Source: a bacterium | GTDB lineage: Bacteria > UBA8248 | Length of the DNA stretch: 64,000 nt | NCBI GenBank assembly: GCA_965203325.1 | Contig: OZ241875.1 | Location: forward strand, 2,272,001 to 2,336,000 | Direction of reading: 5' to 3' | In this document: piece after piece, positions 51,560-62,114 of the stretch | Numbering within the stretch: the stretch's first letter is position 1 | How the letters are laid out: every line of letters starts with the position of its first letter | Notes under the pieces: generated by a model | Databases searched by the model: none | The model's input: only the letters and a program-made list of their open reading frames with translations | What the model was told of the DNA's origin: nothing | Program-made: the position numbers and the translations under genes

Positions 51560-52610
51560 CGTCGGGTCCTCTTTGAAAACAGGCAGAAGATGATGCGGCG
51601 TGCGCCCTGGGGGCAACGCTTCTCAGTTCATCGGCGGCTTGCTCCGGAGCCACCTCGTTGATGTGCGCGCCAAGGCCGGTTTCGAGGGCAGCCTGCGGCG
51701 TGAGGCGCGGGAAAAGCTCGATGTGCCAGCGATGCGCCTTAAGGTTTTCCTCCATGCCATCCGCCGCGAGCAGAAAAGAGAGGTTGACGGGCGGATCGTG
51801 GAGAAGTTCCTTGTAGCGCCTTAAAGTCCGCGCCAGCGCGGCTCCGACGGCGACGAGCGTCTCGGGCGCGCTCCGGGTGAAGCAGCTTTCGGTCGGCCAG
51901 GGGGTGATATGGGCGAGATAGGGAAAGCGCGACGCCCACGGGCAGAAAACGGCGGCGCCCTCTTCGCCTGTTTCCACCATCCGCTCTCCGCCTTCGCGTT
52001 CAGCCTCGAGGAGGTGATCCAAAAGCGCGGCATTTCGTTCCTGATAGAATCCGGTTTCTATGTCCAGCTTCTTCTCGAAGGCTCCGGTGTGGACCGGGAG
52101 GCCGAGTATCTGAAAGTGCGAATGGAGGATGGATGCGCCCGCCTGCGCGCCGTGATTCTTGAAGGCGCAGACGAAGCGCACGCCCGGGGCGTCGGCGAGC
52201 GCACGCGCTCTTTCCTGCAGCAGGGCCAGAACGTCACCCGCGTGCGCTTCGCCCAAATCAGCCAAGCCCTTCGTGTGACGGGGAGAATCGATGAGCACCT
52301 CGTGGCGTCCTCCGCCGAGGAGTGACGAAAAGACGCCCTCGCTTGCACGCGCGGGCTCTCCGCTGCCGACGGCAGGGTATTTGTTCGCCACGCAGCGCGC
52401 GCGCCAGCCGGGCGCGTTCTCCTCGCCCTCGTCCCTGATGGCTCCGACCTCGGGCGGCGTCGCGCTCTCGTTGCCCGGACAGAAAGGACAAGCCGGGTCT
52501 TCTTCTGTGGGCGTGGCGTTCGCGTAATGCGCGGGATGGGGTCGCGCGCGCCTGTCGGGCGCGATGAGCGTCCATTCCCCGCGATGCGGGTCGTATCTCG
52601 ACTCGGGCAT
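51552..52610 (-). CDS. Galactose-1-phosphate uridylyltransferase-family (GalT-like) protein
   Basis: R.DP..G.W..IAP.R..RP, CPFCPGNE..TPPE, NKYPA, FKNHG..AGAS..HSH.Q. Confidence 0.85.
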   Translation of the reverse strand: MPESRYDPHRGEWTLIAPDRRARPHPAHYANATPTEEDPACPFCPGNESATPPEVGAIRDEGEENAPGWRARCVANKYPAVGSGEPARASEGVFSSLLGGGRHEVLIDSPRHTKGLADLGEAHAGDVLALLQERARALADAPGVRFVCAFKNHGAQAGASILHSHFQILGLPVHTGAFEKKLDIETGFYQERNAALLDHLLEAEREGGERMVETGEEGAAVFCPWASRFPYLAHITPWPTESCFTRSAPETLVAVGAALARTLRRYKELLHDPPVNLSFLLAADGMEENLKAHRWHIELFPRLTPQAALETGLGAHINEVAPEQAADELRSVAPRAHAASSSACFQRGPDDE

Positions 52611-52984
52611 GAGCGCCTCGTTTTTTGTGGATATAAACGCTTAAACAATGTAGCATGACAAATAATTATTGAAAGTAAAAAGGGGCGCTGGCGCAAAAAG
52701 GACGAAAATCCGACCGGTATGGTTTGGTTTTAGCCCTGTGCGTTTCTCTTGTTGGTGAGGGTTCACGCATGCCCCGGATTGGAGGCGGTTTGCGTTTTTG
52801 AGTTGGCCCGCATAAACTTTTGGATGATACAAAACCTGATCCGGCGGCTTTGGTAGCGCCGAAGATATAGCCTGAAAACGAACCCGCAGGGGCTTTGGGA
52901 GAGGGGCAGGACTCTCTCTTGCGCGAGGGCCCCGCTCTTTTCTTCGAATCGACCGGCACACACAACGAGAACAGGGGGTCAACC

Positions 52985-54022
52985 ATGAAATCCAGAGTTC
53001 TTCTTATCTTCGTTTTGACCATCGCCATAGGAACTGCGGCGCTCGTATCCCTCCCGAGCCGGGCAGATGCCGCCTGTAGCGTCCGCATCGGCGACCTGAA
53101 CTGGGACAGCGCGAACTTTCACGATCAGGTGACCGCCTTCATCCTGGAGCACGGCTACGGCTGCCGGGTGCGGCTCATCTACGGCGGCACGCTGCCGATC
53201 ATGACGGCCCACTACGAGGGCAAGAACGACATTATCATGGAGCTTTGGTACGACAACGTGAAGGCGCAGTACGACCCCGCCATGAAGAGCGGCAAGGTCA
53301 AGCAGGTGGGCATCAACACGCCCGACAGCATACAGGGCTGGTTCATACCGCGCTTCGTCCAGAAGGCGAATCCCGGCCTCAAGTCTGTCTTCGACCTGCC
53401 CAAGTACAAGCACCTCTTCAAGGACCCCGAAGAGCCCTCCAAGGGCCGGTTCGTGAACTGCATCCCCGGCTGGTCGTGCGAGGTCATCAACACGGTGAAG
53501 CTGCGCGCCTACGGGCTGGAAAAACACTTCACGAATTTCCGGCCTGGTTCAGGCGGCGCGCTCGCGGCGGCCATCAAGGGCGCGTATCTCAAGAAAAAAC
53601 CCGTGCTCGCCTATTACTGGGCGCCCACGCCGCTCCTGGGACAGCTCGACCTCGTCCAACTCGAAGAGCCCAAATGGAACGAGGCCGACTGGAACGTGGT
53701 GGTGAAGCACATGGACGCGCTCAAGAAGGGCGGAATGGAGGCCCTGGGGAATCCCAAGAAGGCGACAGCCTACCGGACGGCAGAGCTGCCGAAGTCGGTC
53801 ACCACGAAGTTCGCGGCCAAGCACCCGAAGATAGTGGCATTCATCGAGAAGTACACGCTACCATCCAAAGAAGTCTCGAAGATGCTGGCCTATCTCGAGA
53901 GCAAGGCCGGCGGCGACGCCAAGGCCACCGCTATCCATTTCCTGAAGACCAACAAGGTCTGGAAGAAGTGGGTTCCGGCCGACGTGGCGAAAAAGGTCGA
54001 GGCGGCGCTCAAATCGGCTTGA
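52985..54022 (+). CDS. proX: Glycine betaine/proline-type ABC substrate-binding protein
   Basis: Signal peptide, LNWDS, EHGYGC, E.W, FKDPEEP.KGRF..C..GW.C, YYWAP; operon with proW and proV. Confidence 0.8.
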   Translation: MKSRVLLIFVLTIAIGTAALVSLPSRADAACSVRIGDLNWDSANFHDQVTAFILEHGYGCRVRLIYGGTLPIMTAHYEGKNDIIMELWYDNVKAQYDPAMKSGKVKQVGINTPDSIQGWFIPRFVQKANPGLKSVFDLPKYKHLFKDPEEPSKGRFVNCIPGWSCEVINTVKLRAYGLEKHFTNFRPGSGGALAAAIKGAYLKKKPVLAYYWAPTPLLGQLDLVQLEEPKWNEADWNVVVKHMDALKKGGMEALGNPKKATAYRTAELPKSVTTKFAAKHPKIVAFIEKYTLPSKEVSKMLAYLESKAGGDAKATAIHFLKTNKVWKKWVPADVAKKVEAALKSA

Positions 54023-54083
54023 TTCGCGCCAGCGCGATGCTTTTTTCTCGTGAAGCGGCGCCTGGTCCCGGGGAGGTCCGCCG

Positions 54084-54992
54084 ATGATGAAGTTTTTCCG
54101 CGGACTGTTCCCCGACTGGGCGGTCGAATGGCCCAAGAGCCTGAACCTGCCGCTCAACAAGTGGACCAACGATTTCGTCGAATGGCTGGTCTCCGAGTAC
54201 GGGATCGTCTTCGAGACCGCATCGGACGCCATTCTCGTTCTGCTGGTCGGCCTCGAACGCTTCCTGCGCGACCTCCCCTGGCTCGTCGTATTCCTGGGCG
54301 TGTGCGCGCTCACTTTCTTCTCCAGCGGGCGCAAATGGGGCCTGACCGCCCTGGTGGCCGCCTGTACGTTCTTCATCGGCCTCACCGATCCCAGGCTGTG
54401 GGATTTGTCGATGATGACCCTCTCGGTGATGCTGGTATCCACCCTCATCTGCATCGGCCTGGGCGTTCCGATCGGCATCGCGATATCGAGAAACGACCGG
54501 ATGCGCGATATGGTGCTGCCCGCGCTCGACCTCATGCAGACCATGCCGAGCTTCGTCTATCTCATTCCGGCGATCATGCTCTTCGGCCTCGGCGCTGTGC
54601 CCGCCGTCTTCGCCACGGTGATCTACGCCATCCCGCCGGTGGTCCGCCTGACCGACTTGGGCATCCGCCTGGTGGACAAGGACATCGTCGAAGCTTCCGA
54701 CGCCATGGGCGCGAGCCGGAGGCAGAAGCTCCTTCGCGTGCAGATACCGATGGCGCTGCCCAACATCATGCAGGGAGTCAACCAGACCACGATGATGGCG
54801 CTCGCGATGGTGGTGATCGCCTCGATGATCGGAACCCGGGGGCTCGGCACAGAGGTGCTCATCGGCCTCCAGCAGCTCAACGTCGGCCGCGCGCTCGAAG
54901 CCGGCGTGGCCATTGTGTTGCTCGCCATCGTGATGGACCGCGTCACCCAGGCCTACGGCGGGCGCTTCATCCGCACGAGCGGGAGGGTCTGA
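54084..54992 (+). CDS. proW: Glycine betaine/proline ABC permease
   Basis: LDLMQTMPSFVYLIP, RLT.LGIR.V, NQTTMMALAMVVIASMIG. Confidence 0.9.
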   Translation: MMKFFRGLFPDWAVEWPKSLNLPLNKWTNDFVEWLVSEYGIVFETASDAILVLLVGLERFLRDLPWLVVFLGVCALTFFSSGRKWGLTALVAACTFFIGLTDPRLWDLSMMTLSVMLVSTLICIGLGVPIGIAISRNDRMRDMVLPALDLMQTMPSFVYLIPAIMLFGLGAVPAVFATVIYAIPPVVRLTDLGIRLVDKDIVEASDAMGASRRQKLLRVQIPMALPNIMQGVNQTTMMALAMVVIASMIGTRGLGTEVLIGLQQLNVGRALEAGVAIVLLAIVMDRVTQAYGGRFIRTSGRV

Positions 54993-54996
54993 GCCG

Positions 54997-56025
54997 ATGG
55001 CGCTGATCGAGGTGCGAAACGTCTACAAGATATTCGGAACGGGACGTGCGCTGGAGGCGGCGCTCGACCTGGCCCAGACGGGCGTCGAGAAGAACGACGT
55101 GCTGGTCGAAACCGGCTGTACGCTGGGACTCAAGGACGTGAGCCTCTCCGTCGAGCGCGGTGAGATATTCGTGGTCATGGGCCTTTCGGGTTCGGGGAAA
55201 TCGACCCTGATCCGCCACATCAACCGGCTGATCGACCCGACGACGGGCCGGATTCTCGTCGACGGGCGCGACGTTCTCGAATTCTCGCCCGAGGAGTTGC
55301 TCGCGTTCCGCCGGGGCGCCGCGAGTATGGTTTTTCAGCGCTTCGCGCTCTTTCCGCACATGACGGTGCTGGAGAACGTGGGCTACGGCCTCGAGGTCCA
55401 GGGGACCGAACACGCCGAGCAGCGCAGGCGCGCGATGCGGTGGATAGAGGACGTGGGCCTCACCGGTTACGAGAACGCCTATCCGGCACAACTCTCCGGC
55501 GGCATGCAGCAGCGCGTGGGCCTGGCGCGCGCCCTGTGCACGGACCCCGAAATACTGCTCATGGACGAGCCCTTCAGCGCCCTGGACCCGCTGATCCGCA
55601 AACAGATGCAGGAGCATCTCATCACCCTTCAGCGCGACCTCAAAAAAACCATCGTTTTCATCACCCACGATCTCGACGAGGCGCTCAAGCTGGGCGATCA
55701 CGTCGCCATCCTGAAAGACGGCGTGATCGACCAGATTGGCCGGCCGGAGGAGATTCTGCTCAACCCGGCCACCGACTACGTGCGCGAGTTCGTGCGCGAC
55801 GTGAAGCGGGGCCGCGTGGTGACGGCGGGCTCCATCATGACGCCGCCGTGCAGCGAGACCACGGGGCCTGTCGTCTCGCGCGACACCGTGCTGCAGGACA
55901 TGCTGCCCGGGTGCATCGAGAGTGATGCGCCCCTGCGAGTGGTGGACGATGCGGGCGCCGTCGTCGGCGCCGTCTCCCGCAAAACCCTCCTGCGCGGCCT
56001 GGCGGATCATTCCGGGAAGAGGTAG
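54997..56025 (+). CDS. proV: Glycine betaine/proline ABC ATP-binding subunit
   Basis: MGLSGSGKSTL.R..NRLI.PT, LSGGMQQRVGLARAL, MDEPFSALDPLIR, THDLDEA. Confidence 0.92.
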   Translation: MALIEVRNVYKIFGTGRALEAALDLAQTGVEKNDVLVETGCTLGLKDVSLSVERGEIFVVMGLSGSGKSTLIRHINRLIDPTTGRILVDGRDVLEFSPEELLAFRRGAASMVFQRFALFPHMTVLENVGYGLEVQGTEHAEQRRRAMRWIEDVGLTGYENAYPAQLSGGMQQRVGLARALCTDPEILLMDEPFSALDPLIRKQMQEHLITLQRDLKKTIVFITHDLDEALKLGDHVAILKDGVIDQIGRPEEILLNPATDYVREFVRDVKRGRVVTAGSIMTPPCSETTGPVVSRDTVLQDMLPGCIESDAPLRVVDDAGAVVGAVSRKTLLRGLADHSGKR

Positions 56026-56100
56026 AGGAAGGCCTGCGCCTCCACTCGGCGCTTCGCTTCACCCCTGGACAATCCATTTTTCCATTTTCGAGGTTGACCT

Positions 56101-56429
56101 GTAAGGGCAGGCCACCGTGCCTGACCGACACGCTGGAAATGGACAACCACAGGGGGTAGAACATCCCGGAAGGGCATCGCAGGGCCGTTTCGTGAAGCGC
56201 CCCTTTTTTCGCAGAGGCCGTTCGCGAACGGCCCATGCAGTTCCTGTGTTGGCGATTCGCCAGACACATCTTCAACCGGGTTGGCGTTTTGGTAAGGACA
56301 GGTCGCGACCTGTCCCTGCAGCCTCTTCCTGATTGCCGGAATCACCCCCTTCGGGCCGCATTTATGCGGCCCCTACACAAAACCCTTGGGTGGCGACGGT
56401 TCTGTAGGGGTCGCATATATGCGACCCAC
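56101..56429. repeat. Cluster of five REP-like GC-rich hairpins (GTAG/GTAA type)
   Basis: Hairpins at about 56101, 56211, 56292, 56353 and 56404, e.g. GTAAGGACAGGTCGCGACCTGTCCCTGC and GTAGGGGTCGCATATATGCGACCC. Confidence 0.65.
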
Positions 56430-56546
56430 CCCCATGCGCCAATGCCCGTGCCCCCTTGCAATCGAGCCGTAAATCCGCTTCATTACGGGCGAACGCGGCG
56501 CGCGATTGGACGCGCGCATCCTGAAGAGACAGAAACGGTGAAGTTG

Positions 56547-57971
56547 ATGAGCGGTTTTGCGAGGGAGACCATCGTCGCGCTCTCCACGGCCCCCGGGCGC
56601 GGGGCCATCGCGGTCGTCCGCCTGAGCGGAGCCAGGTCGCTCCCCATTCTCGAAGGACTCTTCGCGCCCCGAAAGGAGAGAAGCACGTTTCCCAAAGGGC
56701 GGCCCGTGCTCGGGCGCTTTGTGGATGAGGGACAGGCCTTCGATGAGGGCCTCGCGCTCTATCATCCGGGACCCGATTCCGTCACGGGAGAGGACGTTGT
56801 CGAGATGCACTGCCACGGCGGCCCGGCGGTCGTGGGGACCATCCTGCGCCTCGCCCGGGAGATGGGCGCCAGGCCGGCCGCAGAGGGCGAATTCACCCGG
56901 CGCGCCTTCCTGGAGGGGAAGATCGACCTGGTTCAGGCCGAAGCCGTGGCGGACCTCGTGGCCGCGCAGACCGAAAAGGCGGCGCGCGCGGCGCTCCATC
57001 ACCTGGAAGGACGCCTCTCGCAGGCCTTGGAAGGCGTATGGGAGAAAATCGTGGAGGCGGGCGCGCATATCGAGGCGGCAATCGATTTCCCCGATGAGTT
57101 CGAGCCGGGCGCAGGCCCCACGGTTTCCGGCGCTCCGATGGGAAGTGCTGAGCTCGCAGGCCTTTTCGCGCAGATAGAAGCCGCGCTCGGGCGGCTCGTC
57201 GAGAGCTACCGCTCCGGCAGGATCCTGAGAGAGGGCGCGCGCGCCGCCATCCTCGGGAGGCCCAACGCGGGAAAATCCACGCTTCTGAACGCGCTCCTGG
57301 GGGCGGATCGCGCCATTACGAGCGAGGTTCCGGGCACCACGCGCGACACCGTGGAGGAGGTCTGCGATTTCGGGGGCGCGCCGGTGCGGCTCATCGACAC
57401 GGCGGGCCTGCGCGATACGGGCGACCCGGTCGAGCTCGAAGGAACCGAGCGCGCCCGCAAGGCGGCGGAAGAGGCGGATATCGGCCTGATGGTGATGGAT
57501 TTGACGGCAGGGGATGACGAAATCATGTGGGCGGCGCGGGAGGCAAGTGCGCTTGACTGTGAAAACCTGTTTATTTTCAATAAGATGGACAAGTCCACCC
57601 GTGATGTGAAGGCGCGCGCCCTCGCGTTTTTGAACGAGTCGGCGCCGGGTGCCGGAGAGCCGCTCTTCATCTCCGCTCTTACGGGTGAGGGGTTGACGAA
57701 GTTGCGCGAGGAGGTGGCGCGTGTTTTGATGGATGAGGGTGGGCTTTCGGGTGCGGAATCCGTTCTCACGCGGGAGCGCCACCACGGCCAGATCGCGAAG
57801 TGCCTGGAAGCCGTGAGGAATGCCCGGGCGGGCGCCGAGGGCGAGCTTTCCCCCGAACTGGTGGCGGTTCACCTGAACGAGGCGCAGACGGCGCTCGCGG
57901 AACTCCTGGGCCGGGATTACGGAGAAGCGCTTCTGGACAGAATTTTTTCCACTTTTTGCATCGGAAAATGA
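56547..57971 (+). CDS. mnmE: tRNA modification GTPase MnmE
   Basis: TI.ALST.PG.GAI.VVR.SG, TGEDVVE..CHGG, GEFTRRAF, GRPNAGKSTL, GTTRD, DTAG, terminal FCIGK. Confidence 0.96.
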   Translation: MSGFARETIVALSTAPGRGAIAVVRLSGARSLPILEGLFAPRKERSTFPKGRPVLGRFVDEGQAFDEGLALYHPGPDSVTGEDVVEMHCHGGPAVVGTILRLAREMGARPAAEGEFTRRAFLEGKIDLVQAEAVADLVAAQTEKAARAALHHLEGRLSQALEGVWEKIVEAGAHIEAAIDFPDEFEPGAGPTVSGAPMGSAELAGLFAQIEAALGRLVESYRSGRILREGARAAILGRPNAGKSTLLNALLGADRAITSEVPGTTRDTVEEVCDFGGAPVRLIDTAGLRDTGDPVELEGTERARKAAEEADIGLMVMDLTAGDDEIMWAAREASALDCENLFIFNKMDKSTRDVKARALAFLNESAPGAGEPLFISALTGEGLTKLREEVARVLMDEGGLSGAESVLTRERHHGQIAKCLEAVRNARAGAEGELSPELVAVHLNEAQTALAELLGRDYGEALLDRIFSTFCIGK

Positions 57972-58061
57972 AAATAATAAAATTTCGGCAGAATTAGGCG
58001 ATAAATTTAGATAAAAATAAGATAATTTAACGCTATTTTGTGAATTTCTGGAGGTTTTCCG

Positions 58062-59981
58062 TTGGCTGTTTCGTATGACGTAATCGTCGTGGGCGGCGGG
58101 CACGCCGGATGCGAGGCGGCGCTCGCCGCGGCGCGCATGGGCGCGCGCACCATGATGCTCACGATGAACCTCGACACCGTGGGCTTGATGTCGTGCAATC
58201 CGGCCATCGGCGGGCTGGCGAAGGGCGTCCTGGTGCGCGAGGTGGACGCGCTCGGCGGCGAGATGGCCCGCGCCATCGACGCCACGGGGATTCAGTTCCG
58301 GATGCTGAACACGAAAAAAGGCCCCGCCGTACAGGCCCTGCGCGCCCAGGCGGACAAGCAGCGCTACCGCGCGTATATGAAAAACACGGTCGAGAGCCAG
58401 GCGGGACTCGACCTCAAGCAGGGGATGGTGCAAAGGCTTCTCGTCGAGAACGGGGCGATAGCGGGCCTTCAGGATCATTTCGGGGAAACCTGGGAGGCGC
58501 GCGCGGTCGTGCTGACGCCGGGCACCTTCACGCGCGGTCTTCTCCACTACGGCGACAGGAAGGTCGAGGGCGGGCGCGCGGGCGAGGGTTCGGCGAACGA
58601 ACTCACGAAGCAACTCGTCTCCTTCGGCTTCGCCATCGGGCGTATGAAGACGGGGACGCCGCCCCGGCTGGACGCGAAATCCATTGATTTTCAAATGCTT
58701 GACGTGCAGCCCGGCGACGACCCGCCCCTTCCGTTCTCATACCGCACCGCGTCCATCGAACAGGAACAGATGCCGTGCTGGATCACCTACACGAACCCTG
58801 AGACGCATGAGGTCATCCGGCGGAACATCGAGCGCGCACCCATGTACAACGGCCAGATCGACGCGATCGGCGTGCGCTACTGCCCGAGCATCGAGGACAA
58901 AATAATGCGCTTCGAGGGCAAACGGGAGCACCAGATATTCCTGGAGCCCGAAGGGCGCGAGACTTGCGAGATCTACGTGAACGGGCTTTCCACCAGTCTG
59001 CCGGTGGACGTGCAAATCCGTATGTTAAGGACAATCAAAGGTTTAGAAAGAGCCGAGATGATGCGCCCGGGCTACGCCGTCGAGTACGACCACGTGGAGC
59101 CGACAGAGCTCGACGCCAGCCTGATGACGAAGAAGATGCCGGGGCTCTTCCACGCCGGCCAGATCAACGGGACGACGGGGTACGAGGAGGCCGCCGCCCA
59201 GGGGATCATGGCGGGGATCAACGCCACCCGCTACCTTCGCGGCAAAGAACCCGTCGTTTTGAGCCGCGAAGAAGCCTATATCGGTGTTCTCATCGACGAT
59301 CTCATCACCAAGGGAACGGCCGAGCCCTACCGGATGTTCACCAGCCGGGCCGAGCACAGGCTCCTGCTCCGCCACGACAACGCGGATTTCCGCCTGATGG
59401 AACTCGGCCGCAGGGTCGGCTCTCTGGACGAGGCCGCCTGGCGCGCCTTCGAGAAGAAGTCGAAACGGGCGCAGGAGGCCATCACCTATCTCGAAACCAC
59501 GACCGTGAACCCCAAGCCGGAGGTCCGAAACGCCATGGAGGCGGCGGGCTCCAGGCCGCTCAAGAAGCCGTCCGCACTTGCCGATATCCTGAGACGCCCC
59601 GAAGCGGGGCCGGCACTGGCGATTCGGGTCGATTCCGTCGATAAAGGCCGTTTTGGGGAGATTTGGGAGGCGCTGGACCGCGAATCGCGGCGCTACGTTC
59701 TGGCCGAGGTGAAATACAAGGAGTATTTCGAGCGGGAATACCAGCAGGTCCATCATCTGAGGATGGCCGACCGGGTGAAGATACCCGAGAACATCTCGTA
59801 TTCGGATGTGGGCCACCTGACGGCGGAAGTGCGCCAAAGGCTCGAGCAGATACGGCCCAAAACCCTCGGGCAGGCCAGCCGCATCTCGGGCGTGACGCCC
59901 GCCGCCGTCGCCGTGCTTGAGGTCTACATCCGTAAACAGAGCGGAAATTCGCGGGAGGAGGCCGCCTCGCCTGTTTCGTGA
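58062..59981 (+). CDS. mnmG: tRNA uridine-5-carboxymethylaminomethyl modification enzyme MnmG (GidA)
   Basis: [58 protein letters not shown]. Confidence 0.97.
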   Translation: MAVSYDVIVVGGGHAGCEAALAAARMGARTMMLTMNLDTVGLMSCNPAIGGLAKGVLVREVDALGGEMARAIDATGIQFRMLNTKKGPAVQALRAQADKQRYRAYMKNTVESQAGLDLKQGMVQRLLVENGAIAGLQDHFGETWEARAVVLTPGTFTRGLLHYGDRKVEGGRAGEGSANELTKQLVSFGFAIGRMKTGTPPRLDAKSIDFQMLDVQPGDDPPLPFSYRTASIEQEQMPCWITYTNPETHEVIRRNIERAPMYNGQIDAIGVRYCPSIEDKIMRFEGKREHQIFLEPEGRETCEIYVNGLSTSLPVDVQIRMLRTIKGLERAEMMRPGYAVEYDHVEPTELDASLMTKKMPGLFHAGQINGTTGYEEAAAQGIMAGINATRYLRGKEPVVLSREEAYIGVLIDDLITKGTAEPYRMFTSRAEHRLLLRHDNADFRLMELGRRVGSLDEAAWRAFEKKSKRAQEAITYLETTTVNPKPEVRNAMEAAGSRPLKKPSALADILRRPEAGPALAIRVDSVDKGRFGEIWEALDRESRRYVLAEVKYKEYFEREYQQVHHLRMADRVKIPENISYSDVGHLTAEVRQRLEQIRPKTLGQASRISGVTPAAVAVLEVYIRKQSGNSREEAASPVS

Positions 59982-60022
59982 TCCCACCCTGGAGAGTTTC
60001 TTCCGAAAACCATATTTTACCC

Positions 60023-60052
60023 GTAGGGGCGGACACACGGGTCTGCCCCTAC
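60023..60052. repeat. GTAG-type REP-like palindrome
   Basis: GTAGGGGCGGAC-ACACGG-GTCTGCCCCTAC. Confidence 0.7.
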
Positions 60053-60171
60053 GAAACCGTCGTCTCTCTTGTGTTAGAGACAGCCCCGAAATGGAACAGT
60101 CTTAACACATCAAAACCTCCGAAATTTCTCGGAACACAACCCCTGCCATTCGATTCACACGGCCCCCCCAT

Positions 60172-60187
60172 TGTTCCACGTGGAACA
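60172..60187. promoter_or_regulatory. parS site 1
   Basis: TGTTCCACGTGGAACA, a perfect 16-bp palindrome matching the chromosomal parS consensus, upstream of parA. Confidence 0.92.
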
Positions 60188-60214
60188 TTCTCTCCCCGGA
60201 TTTGGCGGAAATTT

Positions 60215-60230
60215 TGTTCCACGTGAAACA
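60215..60230. promoter_or_regulatory. parS site 2
   Basis: TGTTCCACGTGAAACA. Confidence 0.92.
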
Positions 60231-60306
60231 TCCGGTTGTAATTTCAGGGGTAGTGTGAGAATCTTTGTTTATCGCAAGCCGTTTTCACCCGCCCTGAAAC
60301 AACAAT

Positions 60307-61152
60307 ATGGATATCACACCCGGAGCGACCATCTCCCCGAGCGTTCCCGACGCAGGCGCCAATGAAGGCCCGTGCACGATCGTGGCCGTCGTGAACCAGA
60401 AAGGCGGCGTCGGCAAGACGACGACGGCCGTCAACCTCGCGGCCTGCCTCGCCGTAGCGGATCAGCCGACGCTGCTGGTCGACATGGACCCGCAATCGAA
60501 CGCGACGAGTAATTTCGGTTTATTTTCGCCTTCATCTTCACTCTACAGGGCGCTCGTGCTGGGCGAGTCGATAGACGATGAATCCCTGTATGACACTGAA
60601 ATTAAATGCTTAAGCGTTTTGCCCTCCTCCATCGACCTGGCGGGTGCGGAAGTGGAGATCGCGGATTTGCCGCAAAGAGAGAGCCGCTTGCGGAACGTCA
60701 TCGAACCGCTCCGGAGCCGGTTCCGTTATATCCTCATCGACTGCCCGCCCTCTCTGGGTTTTCTCACCTTGAACGGCTTACGGGCGGCGGACGAGGTGCT
60801 CATCCCCATTCAGGCGGAGTATTTCGCATTGGAGGGGCTGGCCCGGCTCATGAAGACGGTGGAGCGGATACGCGGCAGCGTTCATCCCGATCTCAGAATA
60901 GGCGGCATTCTGCTCACCATGTATGACTCGAGGACGAATCTCTCGCGTCAGGTGAACGAGGACTTGCGCTCCCATCTGCCGGAGTTGACCTACAGGGCCG
61001 TGATTCCCAGGAACGTGCGCCTCGCCGAGGCGCCGAGCCACGGGAAGCCGGTGATCACCTACGACATCTCCTCGCCGGGCGCACAGGCGTATCTCGCGCT
61101 GGCGGGCGAGTTCATCACGCGCTCGAAGGAAAGGATGAAAAACCGGACATGA
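60307..61152 (+). CDS. parA: Chromosome partitioning ATPase ParA/Soj
   Basis: NQKGGVGKTTT, D.DPQ.NAT, IDCPPSLG, EYFALEG, IPRNVRLAEAPSHG; start uncertain. Confidence 0.94.
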   Translation: MDITPGATISPSVPDAGANEGPCTIVAVVNQKGGVGKTTTAVNLAACLAVADQPTLLVDMDPQSNATSNFGLFSPSSSLYRALVLGESIDDESLYDTEIKCLSVLPSSIDLAGAEVEIADLPQRESRLRNVIEPLRSRFRYILIDCPPSLGFLTLNGLRAADEVLIPIQAEYFALEGLARLMKTVERIRGSVHPDLRIGGILLTMYDSRTNLSRQVNEDLRSHLPELTYRAVIPRNVRLAEAPSHGKPVITYDISSPGAQAYLALAGEFITRSKERMKNRT

Positions 61153-62075
61153 CGACCGTGAGAAAAAAAGTGCTCGGACGGGGCCTGGACGCGCTCCTGG
61201 CCTCCCATGATGCGCAAGAGCCCGCACCGGCGGTACTGGACCCTCCTGGAGGCGCCGCCGAAGACGGGGGCATTCTGATGCGGCTTTCTCCTGCCCGCCT
61301 CGCTCCCGGCGTTCACCAGCCGCGCGTCGATTTCGACGAGGAGGACCTGGCCGAACTGGCCGAATCCGTGAAGCGCCACGGGGTGATCCAGCCCCTTCTT
61401 GTCCGGCGCGCCCCGGGCGGGGGATACGAGATCGTGGCCGGGGAACGGCGCTGGCGGGCCGCGCGCCTGGCGGAAGTCGATGAGGTTCCCGCCATCCTGG
61501 TCGACGCGGGCGGGGATGAGGCGCTCGAGCTCGCCATCGTCGAGAACGTGCAGCGCGCGGACCTGAATCCCATGGAAGAGGCGGCCGCGTATGCGAGCAT
61601 GATGGAGCGCCTGGGTCTCACGCAGGAAGAGACCGCCTCCCGCGTGGGCAAGGACCGCTCCACCGTCGCGAACTACCTCCGCCTGCTCAATCTGCCCGCC
61701 TCCGTTCAGGAGAGCGTCGCCGCAGGACTCCTCACCATGGGGCACGCCAGGGCGCTCTTGTCCCTGCGCACGGACGAGGAGATGGCGAGCCACGCCAGCG
61801 CCGCCGTCGAGAAGAGGCTCTCCGTGCGCCAGCTGGAGACGCGCGTCAGGCGCGTGCTCGAAGGCGGGAGAGAGAATAGGGAAGCCCTGCCGCGGCCCGT
61901 TCCGCAGAACGGGCCCTCGGGGCCGCAGGCGCTTTATCTCAGGGAGGCGGCCGAGCGGCTCAGAAGCGCGCTGGGAACGAAAGTCGCGATTTCGGGAGAC
62001 GAGGAGAGCGGAAAGATAGAAATAGAGTATTATACGAGGGATACGCTTGAGGGGTTGCTCCAGCGGCTTTGTTAG
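61149..62075 (+). CDS. parB: Chromosome partitioning protein ParB/Spo0J
   Basis: LGRGLDALL, QPR..F, GVIQP, GERRWRAA, EN.QR.DLNP.EEA, RSTVAN.LRLL.LP. Confidence 0.95.
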   Translation: MTTVRKKVLGRGLDALLASHDAQEPAPAVLDPPGGAAEDGGILMRLSPARLAPGVHQPRVDFDEEDLAELAESVKRHGVIQPLLVRRAPGGGYEIVAGERRWRAARLAEVDEVPAILVDAGGDEALELAIVENVQRADLNPMEEAAAYASMMERLGLTQEETASRVGKDRSTVANYLRLLNLPASVQESVAAGLLTMGHARALLSLRTDEEMASHASAAVEKRLSVRQLETRVRRVLEGGRENREALPRPVPQNGPSGPQALYLREAAERLRSALGTKVAISGDEESGKIEIEYYTRDTLEGLLQRLC

Positions 62076-62114
62076 CCCTGGCTTTTCTATCGGGATTCAT
62101 GCGAGGATCGATGA

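Noticed and set aside
52611..52984. Possible riboswitch upstream of proX
   Set aside because: The leader is long and has a hairpin followed by a U-rich run (about 52901-52944), but I could not match the conserved motifs of c-di-AMP or other known riboswitches. An Rfam/Infernal scan is needed.
56101..56429. Possible CRISPR array
   Set aside because: The repeats are not identical, spacing is irregular, and no cas genes occur in the window.
57972..58061. AT-rich tract between mnmE and mnmG as an alternative origin unwinding element
   Set aside because: No DnaA boxes or trios are adjacent; it is more simply a promoter/UTR.
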